From NCBI GenBank assembly GCA_051362555.1, contig CM120646.1:8742001-8806000 (forward strand): 64,000 bases of DNA, in the 5' to 3' direction. Position numbers and translations under genes: made by a program. Source of the stretch: Lingula anatina (lineage: Eukaryota; Animalia; Brachiopoda). How positions within the stretch are numbered: position 1 is the stretch's first letter; the number at the start of each line of letters is the position of its first letter. Under the pieces are notes generated by a model. The model ran no database searches and had not been told where the DNA came from. It saw nothing but the letters and a program-made list of their open reading frames with translations. Below are positions 38,699-51,316 of the stretch, piece after piece.

Positions 38699-39789
38699 GA
38701 GTGCATTCCCACAGATTTAGATCGATCCATCTGGAGCGACCTAACTCCCTGGGGGTTCACGCTAAATTGCAGTCAGCCAAGCGAGCACGACATTTAATTA
38801 CCCCCTTACAGCTTTTAGTAGGCGGGACAGACATTTAAGCCGGTGTAACATGAAAATCTGACTCCCATGAAAATCTGACTCTCCCAGTCAAAATTTAATA
38901 ATGAAAATCTGTCTTCCCCCATGAAATTTTGACTCCCCCTCACAAAACTTTATAAATCTTATTTTATTTGAGTATATAGCTTTTATCTTGTAGTATGCAT
39001 AATGGAGGATTATTAAGAAAATTTAAAATGTGTATTTTTCCACCCAATGACTCCTATGAAAAGGCTATGGGAGTCCAAATCCTACAGGCGGTAAGATGAA
39101 TACTTATTTAAAAAATTATGAAATTTCACCAAAATTTTCACCACCAAACTTTCAAATACTAACAAAATATATGTCACAATGCAAACTATGTGGAAAACAA
39201 TGGTATGGTGACTAAATATAAAGTAGGGCCTTTTGTTCATGGGAGACCAAATCTGATGCGTATGAATATGAAGATTTTTCATTTTTATTATTTTTTTTTT
39301 CATTTTTTGCACCCAATAGTTTACAACCAAACTTTCAAATATTTCTAATACTGTATATTCTTCATAAAGTATACTTAAGGGAAAGATGTTGAAATGATCA
39401 TCAAATATCAAACAAATAGCTTTTTCATTGGGGAGTCATTGGGTGGTAAAATACACATTTTTAATTTATTTTCTCACTAAAATTTTCACTTGCAAACTAA
39501 CAAAAAGTGCCAATGTTTCCTCCATTATGCATACTACAATGTAAAAGTCATATTCTCAAATAAAATAAAACTTATATAAAGTTTTGTGGGGGGAGTCAAA
39601 ATTTCATGGGGGGAGTCATATTTTCATTATGAAAGTTTGACTGGGGAGTCACATTTTCATAATGAAAATTTGACTGGGGAGTCGCATTTTGGGGGAGTCA
39701 GATTTTCATGGTACACCGGCTAAGCTGACAGTAATCTTGTGAGACTCCCCACGGGGATAGATCTAACTAAAATCTGTAGGAATGGGGTC
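38699..39789 (+). mobile_element. Family T MITE with TTA TSD, split by a Ginger-like MITE
   Basis: TTA|GAGTGCATTCCC...GGAATGGGGTC|TTA. Confidence 0.85.
38844..39715. mobile_element. Ginger1-like MITE (TGT..ACA ends, CCGG TSD)
   Basis: CCGG|TGTAACATGAAAATCTGACTCCC...GGGAGTCAGATTTTCATGGTACA|CCGG; the empty site AAGCCGGCTAAG is visible in the 8172 copy. Confidence 0.8.
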
Positions 39790-40530
39790 TTAGACTGCTC
39801 CTTTCCTTAAATTTTTGGTCAGAAATTTAACCTACTTAAGTGACCTACTTTTCTGCCCCATGTATATATAGCAAAGAAAGCTAGCAGAAAAATCCATTCA
39901 AATATCATTTTCCAGGTAATATTAAACAATGTCCTTTGGTAATTCTCTTAGTTATACCGTTTGAAACTATATGCTGGCATTTGGTTGGTTTTTGTAGAAA
40001 AAATTTGCATGCATCTTAAAGAATAAGGACATTCATGACACTTTTTATGCCAAAGTTCCACTTCCAGTGGACTATTTTGAGAGTAGGGTGAGTAATGAGT
40101 GAACTAGCGAACAAACTTTATGAGAAAATTTAGCGAAAGGTTAATGATAGCTGTGTGAAACAGCACTCAAAAATCATAAAGACTTCTTGTTAGCGAGATA
40201 ATTCTTTCGTTAGTAATTCTAACAAAGGAGAGCTCTGTGAAATGGGCCCCAGGTGCACAAAGCAATGGATCTGCAAAACAGGAGGAAGAAAATATTATTT
40301 TACAAATGATAACCTTGGTTATTGGTTTCTGAAAAACTATGGAATTTACCCATATGAAAGACTCTCTCATTAGCAAAGCCCTACTTAGCAATAATAAAAT
40401 TTAAATCTCTATAAAGCAAATTATTAACAAACACTTTGATTAGAATAAACAAATTGTTTTCAAAGAAAAAATCACTATATTATAAAACAAGCCAAATTAA
40501 GGCTTTTTTCAACAACATTAATTTGCTATA

Positions 40531-40961
40531 CCCTCTACCAGGGTGATAGATTGATTTTTCACAGATATTCACAGATAGGTCTCTAAGATAAATAGACAGT
40601 CATTTTGGTCTGATGTCACCCTATAATGGAATCTCAAGGCTGATTACATGGCTGGTAATTGTTTGCATAACTGCTCAGGCACTGCTTATTGGCAGGTCCA
40701 GTCTAAGTCCGCTTGACTGCAATCAAGAAAATTAATTGACCTGACCTTCATCACATGGCTAGTCTCAGCAGACAGCGGAGCCTTAGACAGGTTACGTAAG
40801 GAGCATGTGCAGTTATCACATCGACCCTAAGCGAAGCTCCTGCAGAGCAAGTGCCAAGCCTTTTGTGCGCGGGCAGAGTTAATTGTTTCCTCGTGGTCAA
40901 AAGTAACAGGGTCGATTCAGCAAAAAATGTCCACAATAATAACTGAGACCATGGTAGAGGG
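40531..40961. mobile_element. TA-flanked TIR element
   Basis: TA|CCCTCTACCA...TGGTAGAGGG|TA. Confidence 0.55.
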
Positions 40962-41176
40962 TAAATTTACTATATAAAGAAGGACAAATATAAGGCAAAG
41001 GCTTGGTATTGTATATTATACTTCAAAGGCAATTATACTTACATGACCCTATAGAGATGAGAATACCAAAGTCAAGTTTGAGTTCTTAAGACATCTCCAC
41101 ACCAATCGCTTGGTCAGTATAAGTTTTTCCTTTCCCTGTGTGTAGTGGGCGATGGCACTTTCTGGATTAAGTCTAA

Positions 41177-41390
41177 GACCCTATTCCCAGAGATTAGACT
41201 GATCCAACTAGATCGACCTAACTCCCTGGGGGTTCACGCAAAATAGCTGTCAGCCGAGCAGGCACGAAAGTTAATTACCCCCTTACAGCTTGTAGCAGGC
41301 GGGATGGACATTTAAGCCGGATTATCTGACAGTAATCTAGTGAGACTCCCCTTGGGGATAGATCGATCTAAAATCTGTGGGAATGCACCC
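41177..41390 (+). mobile_element. Family T MITE, complete, TAA TSD
   Basis: TAA|GACCCTATTCCC...GGGAATGCACCC|TAA. Confidence 0.85.
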
Positions 41391-42353
41391 TAATTTGTCC
41401 CTAATTGAAATCTGTGAGGTGGTCACAGTGTTAAGCTCAGTAGCTCACTCAAAGCCTTTGAAGAACGAGTTCCCTATCATCTTTACTTGATCCTGGACGC
41501 GAAGCACGATCAGATTTCAGAGCACACAGAGTCATAAACGAAAGTTTCAAAGTATTTTCTTTATCTTCAAACCATGTACAGTGACGCCAATAACTGGGAA
41601 AAACTATTTAGAATTTTGTCAATTACATTAATATTAACAATCACACAATTAATAAAAATCAGGCGCATTTTAACAGCATCATGGAAGTGAACTACTGCAT
41701 AACTCACCCCTCATAGATATCTATCCCTACGAATTCTGAATATGTGAAGTACATGTATTAAACGTAATGTTTCTAAAATTGTCTAATTTTATTCAAATTT
41801 AGTGCTGTGTTAGGTGAAATTCACCAATCGGTGAGTGCTACATTTAGACCTTGATTTTGTTCCCTCTTTTCATGGGCCAAGTTCGTTACTGTAGCAATGT
41901 GATTAACATGGAATTTACACACAAACTTCCACTACTTTTGTTGCAATATTTTGTGTAGTCTGGACCCCAAAAGTTCAGTAGCCATATCTATTTTTTCAAA
42001 AATTTTCAGAATTTTTTTAAGTGTGCTTTGAACACCATTGGTAAAAGTTATCAAACACAGAAAATATCGGTTAAATCTGCCAACTTCCACTTTGCCACTT
42101 TTTTGGCTGATTTGGTTGGGGGTTTTTTTTGTGAAATGGCACTTAAATTCCTTCATGCATGGGATGGTTTTCTTGCTGTTGCAATACCTATCTAGGTTTA
42201 GGTAAGGCTGTTTTGAAGTCCATAATTTTGAAAAAGTCATTAAAATTAATTATGTCACTATTAGACTGATACTGCTCAGACTTCATTAATGCTTGTGCCT
42301 AAAAATAGTTTCTTCTCCACCCTTGAAAAGAATGATCAAACAAAACCACCCAC

Positions 42354-42426
42354 CTGCTAACTGTTTACAGAACTTTTTATGAGTAAACCAGTGAAGCTTC
42401 TGACACACTTGGTTACAGTACACAAC
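42354..42426 (-). CDS. ANKMY2: ANKMY2 exon, second half of MYND finger (not in the ORF track)
   Basis: ttttag|[25 protein letters not shown]|gtggg; 73 nt. Confidence 0.92.
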
Positions 42427-42566
42427 CTAAAACAAAAGAAACATCAAACCACTGAAACAAGCTTATTACAATTTAATACAACTCAAAGATTAAAATTCAT
42501 GTAGTAAAAGAATTGACTGGGGTCTTGATGTTAATGGAAGACAAGAGCTGTTCAGAAGAGTTTCAC

Positions 42567-42695
42567 CTTTTTACATGCTGAACATTTCTTTTCTGCCCCT
42601 GTTTCCCCACAGGTATCACATGCAGTATCATCACTGCCAAACTGCTGTCCATTCAGTGCCTGGGTTAATATCATCAGAGCATCTGGCTGCTCACC
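42567..42695 (-). CDS. ANKMY2: ANKMY2 exon, first half of MYND finger
   Basis: ttccag|GEQPDALMILTQALNGQQFGSDDTACDTCGETGAEKKCSACKK|gtgaa; 129 nt, phase 0-0. Confidence 0.92.
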
Positions 42696-43130
42696 CTGGA
42701 ACACAGCACAATACTCAGGATTTTGGTCTACATTTAACATATGGGAACAGTAACATGTTAAAACATTCTCCTCTCGACTGAGGATTTATGAAGGTGCTTG
42801 TCATAGAAATTGATCTTAAATGCTGAACACCTTTTAACTAATACAATGTAAAATATCTTGTCATACTGTTATGTTATCACCTGAGTAATTAATAAACATA
42901 TAGGATTAAACACTATCAAATTCAGAGACATAAAAGTAAATGCAAAGTTATTTTACACTTTTCCTCTAGTTAAATAAAGTAGCCATGCTGTCTTAATAAA
43001 GTCATAAAAAAACTGACACCATCAGGGGCAACTTACATGTAATACATTATCTACCTAGTTGAATTTTTTCATTTACAAATATAAAAATCCACATAAAATT
43101 GAGCTGGAGCCTTAGACCCATAGTTCTTAC

Positions 43131-43266
43131 GATTTTCTTTTTTGCCAATGTAGGCACAATCTGCTGTAGTAGTTTTGATTCCACATATGGAAATTCCTTA
43201 AGTGCCTGTCTTACGCACTGCTCCATTACTTCCTGCGTTCCATCACCCTCTCTAGCCCTCAGCAAA
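43131..43266 (-). CDS. ANKMY2: ANKMY2 exon
   Basis: ctag|(S)LLRAREGDG...LKEFPYVESKLLQQIVPTLAKKKI|gtaag; resembles SLLKGR.SDG...FPY.E..LLQQLV. Confidence 0.9.
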
Positions 43267-43430
43267 CTAGATCAAAAACAAAGTAAGAACTTTCCATAGT
43301 TTTTTCCAAACAAGGAAAACACAGACAGGAGTGACATAAAAGGAATTCAGATTTAAATTCTAGCAATATCCAATATGGAGTCTTCTTCTAATGGGAAACA
43401 ATGTACCAAGCGATCAAAAAATAAAAAATA

Positions 43431-45786
43431 AACTAGAGGATCAGAGAGGCGATAACTTTGGACCTACCTCTGCCAGTTTTGGAGATAAAAGGGAACAAAA
43501 ATTTGCAAAGTTCAAATCAGGATGAAAAGTAGGTCAAAGATCAATTTTAAGGTCACACTTAGATTGCCAGTATATGACTTCCTATTCGAGTTCAATATTA
43601 ACTATGGACCTATCTCTGCCAGTTTTGGAGATAAAAGGGAACAAAAATTTGCGAAGCTCAGTTCATGGTGAAAAGTAGGTCAAAGGTCAATTTTAAGGTC
43701 ACAGTAAAATGCCTCTAATGACTTTCTATTCAAATTCAATAGTAACTATGGGCGTATCTTTGCCAGTTTTGAAAGTATAAGCATTAAAAAAGTTGCAAAG
43801 TTCACTTTAAGGTGTAAAGTAGGTCAAAGGTCAATTTCAAGGTCAGATTAAGATTACCAGTATAAAACGTCCTATTCAACTTCAATAGTAACTAGTGACC
43901 TATCTCTGCCAAGTTTAAAGTTAAAAGGGAAATAAATTAGCAGAGTTCAGTTCATGATAAAAAGTAGGTCAAAGGTCAATTTCAAGGTCACACTTAGATT
44001 GCCAGTATATGACTTCCTATTCAACTTTAATAGTAACTATTGACCTATCTCTGCCAGTTTTGGAGATAAAAGGGAACAAAAATTTGCAAAGTTCTGTTCA
44101 TGGTGAAAAGTAGGTCAAAGGTCAATTTTAAGATCACAATAAATTGCCTCTTATGACTTTCTATTCAAATTCAATATCAACTATGGGCGTATCTCTGCCA
44201 GTTTTGGAGATAAAAGGGAACCAAAATATGCAAAGTTCAATTCATGATGAAAAGTAGGTCAAAGATCAATTTCAAGGTCACACTCAGATTGCCAGTATAT
44301 GACTTCCTATTCAACTTTAATAGTAACTATTGACCTATCTCTGCCAGTTTTGGAGATAAAAGGGAACAGAAATTTGCAAAGTTCAGTTCATGGTGAAAAG
44401 TAGGTCAAAGGTCAATTTTAAGGTCACAATAAATTGCTTCTAATGACTTTCTATACAAATTCAATAGCAACTATGGGCGTATCTCTGCCAGTTTTGGAGA
44501 TAAAAGGGAACCAAAATATGCAAAGTTCAATTCATGATGAAAAGTAGGTCAAAGGTCAATTTCAAGGTCACAATCAGATTGCCAGTATATAACTTCCTAT
44601 TCAACTTTAATAGTAACTATTGACCTTTCTCTGCCAGTTTTGGAGATATAAGGGAACAAAAATTTGCAATTTCAGTTCATGGTGAAAAGTAGGTCAAAGG
44701 TCAATTTCAAGGTCACATCTTTATTGCCATTATATGACTTCCTATTCAACTTTAATAATAACTATTGACCTTTCTCTGCCAGTTTTGGAGATATAAGGGA
44801 CTAAATGTTATAATTCTAGAGTTACAATAATGTGCCATAAATTTCCTACAGAAAAAACTTATTAAAATAAAGAAAAGGTCATTTTGGTTGAAATTCTTGA
44901 AATGGGAGGTGCTCAGAAGTTCCAGATGTTCAAATTTCATGAAATAATATCATTTTTGACCAGAAGTTGTCTGCCTCACCAAGCCTTATGTTTTATTCTC
45001 CTGGGGTTCAAAATTTATTATCCATTACCATACTGCACATTTTGCTTTCACCACCACAATGTACTTTTAAATACAGCATAACACAAAAACCATATGAAAT
45101 ACAAAAAAAAAAAACAAGACGACCTACAGTGTTGGGCTTTACATGCTCTACAAAATGCAAAAAAGAACGGGTCCCTAGCATTAACGGTTCCCGAATTAGA
45201 GACAGTTTTCAGTTTTGGTATCTTATGGCCGCTACTCCCGTGAAAATGCTCTCATTGACCCCAAATTCACAGAGATGAAAGATGACCCGAAGGGTAACAC
45301 TTTCCAATAATATTATTGGTTAAGTCTGTGTAGTTTCTGAATATCAGCGCCAATAATTTTTTTTTCGTAAAAAATTCGTTTTTTGGAAAATTTTGGCCCG
45401 TTTGACCTTGAAGCAAAGGTCAAAGATCAAATCCAAGGGCATATTTGAAATCTCCACATATGACTTTCAGTCAGCCGTCTGTAGGAAAATTTTCCCATAA
45501 TTCCTTCGGTCGGGTAGATAATTGGCATTGAATTTTCAAAAATTTTGACAAGGGTGCATTTCAACGAGCGTCACGCACAGGTCAATGCACTGACTGAGAC
45601 ATAAAAACCTGGGGGTTCAAGTTGAGGTTATATGTGACCTAAATCCAAGAGATGGGGACAGAGGTCCTTGCGGTCTAGGAGGAGAAGCGGTAACGGTGAC
45701 TTGTATCCGGCGCCAGTACGCGGAGCCGGACGAGATGGGTTGGGACTAAAACCATGAGTACCGCCAGCGTACACGCTGGTGGTACT
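43431..45786 (-). mobile_element. Helentron-like family B copy with about 9 satellite units
   Basis: AACTAGAGGATCAGAGAGGCG end at 43431; 146-bp units; end hairpin near 45758-45785. Confidence 0.8.
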
Positions 45787-45854
45787 AATAAATAAATAAA
45801 TTAATTAATTAATAAATAAATAAAAACTGACAAATATACAGACACCATACAGGA

Positions 45855-46091
45855 AACAAGGCAGCAAATCTGTGAAATGATCAGACATTATGCAGAAACA
45901 AGGCAGCAAAGCTGTCAAATGTACAGACAAAAAACAGAAAATAAAGATGCAAAATAGGTCATTTTGTCAATTTTAATGCAATAATAAATAATGCTTATAA
46001 TAGCACTGTCAGTCAACACTGAATTTTAATCATGCACAACAGGTAACATGGTCAATAACAGGAGCAGACCCAGAGATATTTACTGACAGTA

Positions 46092-46129
<38 letters not shown>

Positions 46130-49060
46130 TATATTAAAAACTTATTTGCAATATTAAACAAAATTTACCTGCATAATTATCACTGCTTCCTTATTATTAA
46201 TCTAGCAGAGAGCTTAACCTTTGGGTGTTTACAGGGTTATATCAACAAATGTGCTTTGTGTAATCTCATTTAATGGCCTATTAATTAGGCAAATGACTTT
46301 ACAACTCTGAACTTAGCCTAGTGATACCCAAGGGAAATTTACAGACTGACCCTCTCAAAGGTCTTCAGGCCCATATGTCACACCTTAAGAAAAGCACAAA
46401 ACAATAATGCACAAAATAGGAGACTACCAATTCTGATGCAATAATACACTATGTTTAACTGCACAGTCAACATCACATTTTAATTATGCACAACAGGTAA
46501 CACCGACGAAATTAAAAGCATAAGGCTTCAGGCCCATCAGAGTTCAAGTTTATACTTAGAAAGTGCCAGAATGAGAAAAAAAGAAAATTTCACATGAAAT
46601 GCATAAATTTAATAAAAATGATAGTCCAATAGAGCTGGTTTTCTAATATGAGCTGTATGTCAATCCTAAGAATCATTCTTGTTAGACTAGTTGAAAAAAT
46701 AGAAAGTAACAGTTTTCTTTCCATAACGTTAATGGTGGCATTGCACAAAGTAGGTTTTTTCTCAATTTTGATGCAACATTACATAATGACTAACTGTGTA
46801 AATACCTCCAATTTTTAAATATCTACTATTAAAAACATGGACATTAAGAAAATTTGATTACCACTGGGCTTCATGCCCAAGGGAGCTCTAAGTCCCACAC
46901 TGAAAATTCCAGTATGTGAAAGATAAAAATTTTCACAAAAAGACTATATAATTTAAAATTTACTTCCAGAAAATTAACTAATGAGACAGATTTTCCAACT
47001 AAAGCTGTATTTCAGTCCTGTTTCTTTCCTTTAAGTGTGAAAAGAGCAAGTGACATGGTTTTCCTTTCACGGTCACTACGGAGGCAGTGCCCAAAATAGG
47101 GTTTACTTCAATTTTGATGCAATATTACACAATGCTTAACAGCATAATAACCATCAGTTTTTTTAATGATAAAATAAAACTATCATGGATATTCAGAAAA
47201 TGTGACTAGCCCACAGAATTCAGAGTCACACTTTGAAAATCCCAAAATCTAAACAAGAGAAAACTGTATTGAAAAGAGTTTATTTCCATTTTCAACACCT
47301 TTTTTACATAAAACAAAATAATCGATTTACTGTCATTTTTATATGATCAATTAAAAAATATGTTGTCAAAGGAAAAATATCAATAGAACAAATTTAAATG
47401 TCCAACTTGCTCCATTCTGAGATTCTTAACTTAGTGAATGATTGAATCTGACGAACTGCAATGATATGAGTGCCTTTCCATTTTTGATACTTTATTACAC
47501 AATGCACAATAAAAGGTGTACCGTCATTTTTATATAGCCAACTAACAATATTGTTTAGAAGCATGAAACGTCAAAACAACACTTTTACATACAAAATGGC
47601 CAATAACTTCATCAAAACTTAACTGATCAAGCTTATTTTCAAACTTAATCTGTATACTAGTCAGACTGATCACTCCTGTGAGTTTCAAGACAAAAGGCTG
47701 ATTGGTTTTCCTTAAAATGCATTATCAGTGTTGCATATATGCTGAATAATGGAAAAAAAACAGCATAACTTTTGTAAAAAATAGTCCAATCAAGCCAATT
47801 TTCGAATTTTGCGTATTATGAATATTCATCAGTTCTGTAAGTTTCAATCCAAAAGGAAAACCATTTTTACACTTATCATGTTATCGGTGTTATAAAAATG
47901 CTGACAAAATTGAAAAAAAAAAAAAAAAAACAGGATAATTTCCAAAAAAATTGACGATCATGCTGATTTTCAAACTTGACCTGTGTATTATGAATATTCA
48001 CCAGTTCTGTAAGTTTCAAGCCAAAAGGTAAAATGGTTTTCCACTTATCATGTTATCGGTGCTGCATATATGCTGAAAAAAGTGAAAAAACAGCATAACT
48101 TCCCTAAAAATGACCCGATCATGCCGATTTTTGAATTTGACCTGCGTATTATGAATATTCATCAATTCTGTAAGTTTTAAACCAAAAGAAAAAATGGGTT
48201 TCCACTTATCGTGTTATCGGTAAAAGTGCACAGCGACGATGACAACAGACGCATGCACTAGTGGGCTAGATTTTAATCTTAAAGTGCAATTTAAGTTCAT
48301 AAGTGATCTTACACAATCTTAATCATTACAGCAGTAGTCTTAAAATGGACTGAATCTGCTTTTAAGATCAAAAATGATCTAACATCTATTTAAGTGGTCA
48401 AGCAGTTTCCTCCCCTCACAATGGGGGTTACCTCCCCTCACAATAGAGGACACCTCTGCTCACAATAGGAGAACGTGTAAGGGGAGACAACTTAATTGGC
48501 TGTTAGACTAGAAATGGTCTTACTCATGTTTTAAGATCATGTAAGACTATTTGTGTTCTTAAATTGCACTTTAAGACCAAATCAAGCCCACTAGTGGCAG
48601 GTGATGGCTATATGTACAGAAACATCTGTCTGTACATAAAAACAGCATAACTTCCCTAAAAATGACCCGATGATGCTGATTTTTTAACTTGACCTGCGTA
48701 TTATGAATATTCATCAATTCTGTAAGTTTCAAACCAAAAGAAAAAATGGTTTTCCACTTATCGTGTTATTGGTAAAAGTGCACGGCGACAGCGACAACAG
48801 ACGCAGGTGATGGCTATATGTACAGACACATCTGTGTCTGTACATAAAAAGTACACAAAGTAATGTGTATTATGAATATTCATCAGTTCTGTAAGTTGTA
48901 AGCCAAAAGATAAAACATTTTTTTTTTTTTTTACTTATCATGTTATCGGTGTTGCATATATGCTGAAAAAAGTGAAAAACAGCATAACTTCCATAAAAAT
49001 GCCGATTTTCGAACTTGACCCACGTATTATGAATATTCATCTGTTCTGTAAGTTTCAAGC
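45855..49060 (-). mobile_element. Helentron-like family A copy with duplicated 3' and 5' ends
   Basis: Two 3' ends (45855, 45897); 5' hairpins near 48640 and 48848; contains the Transib-like MITE. Confidence 0.75.
48256..48596. mobile_element. Transib-like MITE (CAC..GTG ends, 5-bp TSD)
   Basis: GCATG|CACTAGTGGGCT...AGCCCACTAGTG|GCAGG; ~40-bp TIRs; the empty site CAGACGCAGGTGATGG is seen in other family A copies. Confidence 0.75.
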
Positions 49061-49143
49061 CAACAACGGCAACAATGGCAAGAGTTTCAACATCGCCATT
49101 TAAACGATCCATAGTGTGTAATATGCCTTTTCTTATGTTTTAA

Positions 49144-51316
49144 CCCTCATCCACAAGGAAATGGAACCCTACGTAAACCCTGAAACCGGGCCTCAGAGGC
49201 CCGGTGTACCATGTAAATCTGACTCCCCCCAAAAAACATTCAAAAATCTAATTTAATTTGAGTAAATGACTATGATATTGTAGTATGTATAATGGAGGAC
49301 ACATTGGCACTTTTTGTTAGTTTGCAGGTGAAAATTTTCATGAAAAAATAAAGAAAAATTAAAGATTTGTATTTTACCACCCAAGGACTCCCCTATGAAA
49401 AAGCTATTTATTTGACATTTGATGACCATTTCAACAACTTTTCTTTGAGGATACTTTATGAGGAATATATTGAAAGTACTTGAAAGTTTAATGGTTAAAA
49501 AATTGGGTGAAAATAATAATAATAAAAAAAAACACATTAAAAAATAAGAAAAATTAAAGATTTTTATTCTCACACCCAATGACCCCCCTATGAAAAAGCT
49601 ATTTGTTTGATGTTTGATGATCATTCTGACATCTTTTCTTTGAGGATACTTTATGAGGAATATATTGAAAGTACTTGAAAGTTTGATGGTTAAAAAATTG
49701 GGTGAAAAAAATAATAAAAAAAACACATGAAAAATAAGAAAAATTAAAGATTTGTATTCCAACACCCAATGACTCCCCTATGAAAAGGCTATCTATTTGA
49801 TATTTGATGATCATTCTGCCATCTTTTCTTTAAGGATACTTAATGAAGAATATATTGGAAATATTTGAAAGTTTGAATGGTAAAATACTGGGTATGCTAT
49901 ATAAGAAGAATTCAGTAAAAAGGCGATGTGGCCAATTTCCCGAATTAAAAATGTAGCATTTTGACATGGAAGTGCAAAACCTACAGGTAGTAAGATGAAT
50001 ACTTGTTTTAAAAATATTCACCAAAATTTTCACCACCAAACTTTCAAATAATAACAAAAAGTACATCTCTGTGCAAACTATGTAGAAAAACAATGGTATG
50101 GTGACTGAATATAAAATAGGTCCTTTTCTTTATGGGAATCCAAATCTCATGAGTATAAAAATGAAGATTTTCATGATTTATTTTTCATTCTTTCACTCAC
50201 TATTTAATCATCAAACTTTTAAATATTTCCAATATATTTTTCATAAAGTATCCTAATAGAAAAGATGTCAGAATGATCATCAAATATCAAATAAATAGCT
50301 TTTTCATAGGAGAGTTATTGGGTGATAAAATGCACATTTTTAATTTTCTATTTTTCATGTTTTTTTTTTAGTTTTTTCACCCAATAGTTTACCATCAAAC
50401 TTTCAAATATTTCCAATATAATCTTCATAAAGTAAATTTAAAGGAAAGATGTAGAAATGATCATCCAATATCAAATAAATAGCTTTTTCAAAGGGGAGAC
50501 AATGGGCGGTTAAGTGCACATTTTTAATTTTCATATTTTTTTCCTGAAAATATTCACCTGCAAACTTAAAAAAAAAAGTGCCAAAGTATCCTCCATTTTT
50601 CATACTACAATATCACAGTCATATACTCAAATAAAATAAGATTTATGAACATTTGTGGAGGGGGAGTCAAATTTTCATTGGGAGTCAGATTTTCATTATG
50701 AAAATCTGACTGGGGGAGTCAGATTTTCATGTTACACCAGTCCCTTGCTCGCTTTACCTCCACCTGGGTGCATGAGTATACACTGTGTATGGAAAATGCG
50801 GAAAAACATTTTTTTTCTCAAAATGGAAAGTTTCGCAAAGGTAGCGCAGTCTATCAGGTATGTAATAATGATAGATTTAAACTGATATCTGCATATCAGG
50901 TGACCATGCAAGGTGACTGATTACTCATAAATAATAATTTCTCCAGGTCTTGAATCTTTCACAGGCAGATTTCATTGACCATACTGATAGTCATAGCACA
51001 CATGATATTGCTTGTGTAAAACATTTTATAGCAAAGCTATTTGAGGTAACATGGACTTATTTATCCCATGTGGAAGTAAAATTTTCAAGCGACCGGGCCT
51101 CAGAGGCCCGGTTTCCAGGAAATGGGACTAACTTTTGGAAAAGTTAATTTCTACATATGTTGTAAATTATTTCAAAACTAATTATTTATCCATTGATGGG
51201 GTATAAGTTGCTTGAGGATTACATGAAAGGAACAGGCTCAAAACCTCATGCTAATGAAGAGAGAGCAAAAGATACATGGGTCCGGGCCTGCAAGGCCCCT
51301 GAAAGGTGATTGAGGG
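49144..51316. mobile_element. piggyBac-like MITE (TTAA TSD) split by a Ginger-like MITE
   Basis: TTAA|CCCTCATCCAC...GTGATTGAGGG|TTAA; internal palindrome ACCGGGCCTCAGAGGCCCGGT near 49185 and 51092. Confidence 0.7.
49205..50736. mobile_element. Ginger1-like MITE, longer copy with internal tandem repeats
   Basis: CCGG|TGTACCATG...CATGTTACA|CCAG; same family as 38844-39715 in the opposite orientation. Confidence 0.75.

Larger units (their letters stand above)
38104..40249. mobile_element. Harbinger-type MITE with CAG TSD, hosting nested MITEs
   Basis: CAG|GGCCCCTATGACAAAG...CTCTGTGAAATGGGCCC|CAG; the flanks rejoin in frame; a homologue starts at 54173. Confidence 0.7.
37400..41540 (-). pseudogene. 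Fragmented Sola3-like transposase relic with introns, broken by nested MITEs
   Basis: KCHRPLHTGKGK...IGVEMS*E...FGILISIGS|gtaag near 41045-41165; ttgcag|IHCFVHL joined across the MITE to VEKATQNWFAVISLLEE; GWGLRNAK..FS near 37640. Assigned from recalled Sola3 motifs. Confidence 0.5.

Noticed and set aside
49253-49765. 170-aa hydrophobic ORF
   Set aside because: Low-complexity translation of AT-rich tandem repeats inside the Ginger-like MITE.
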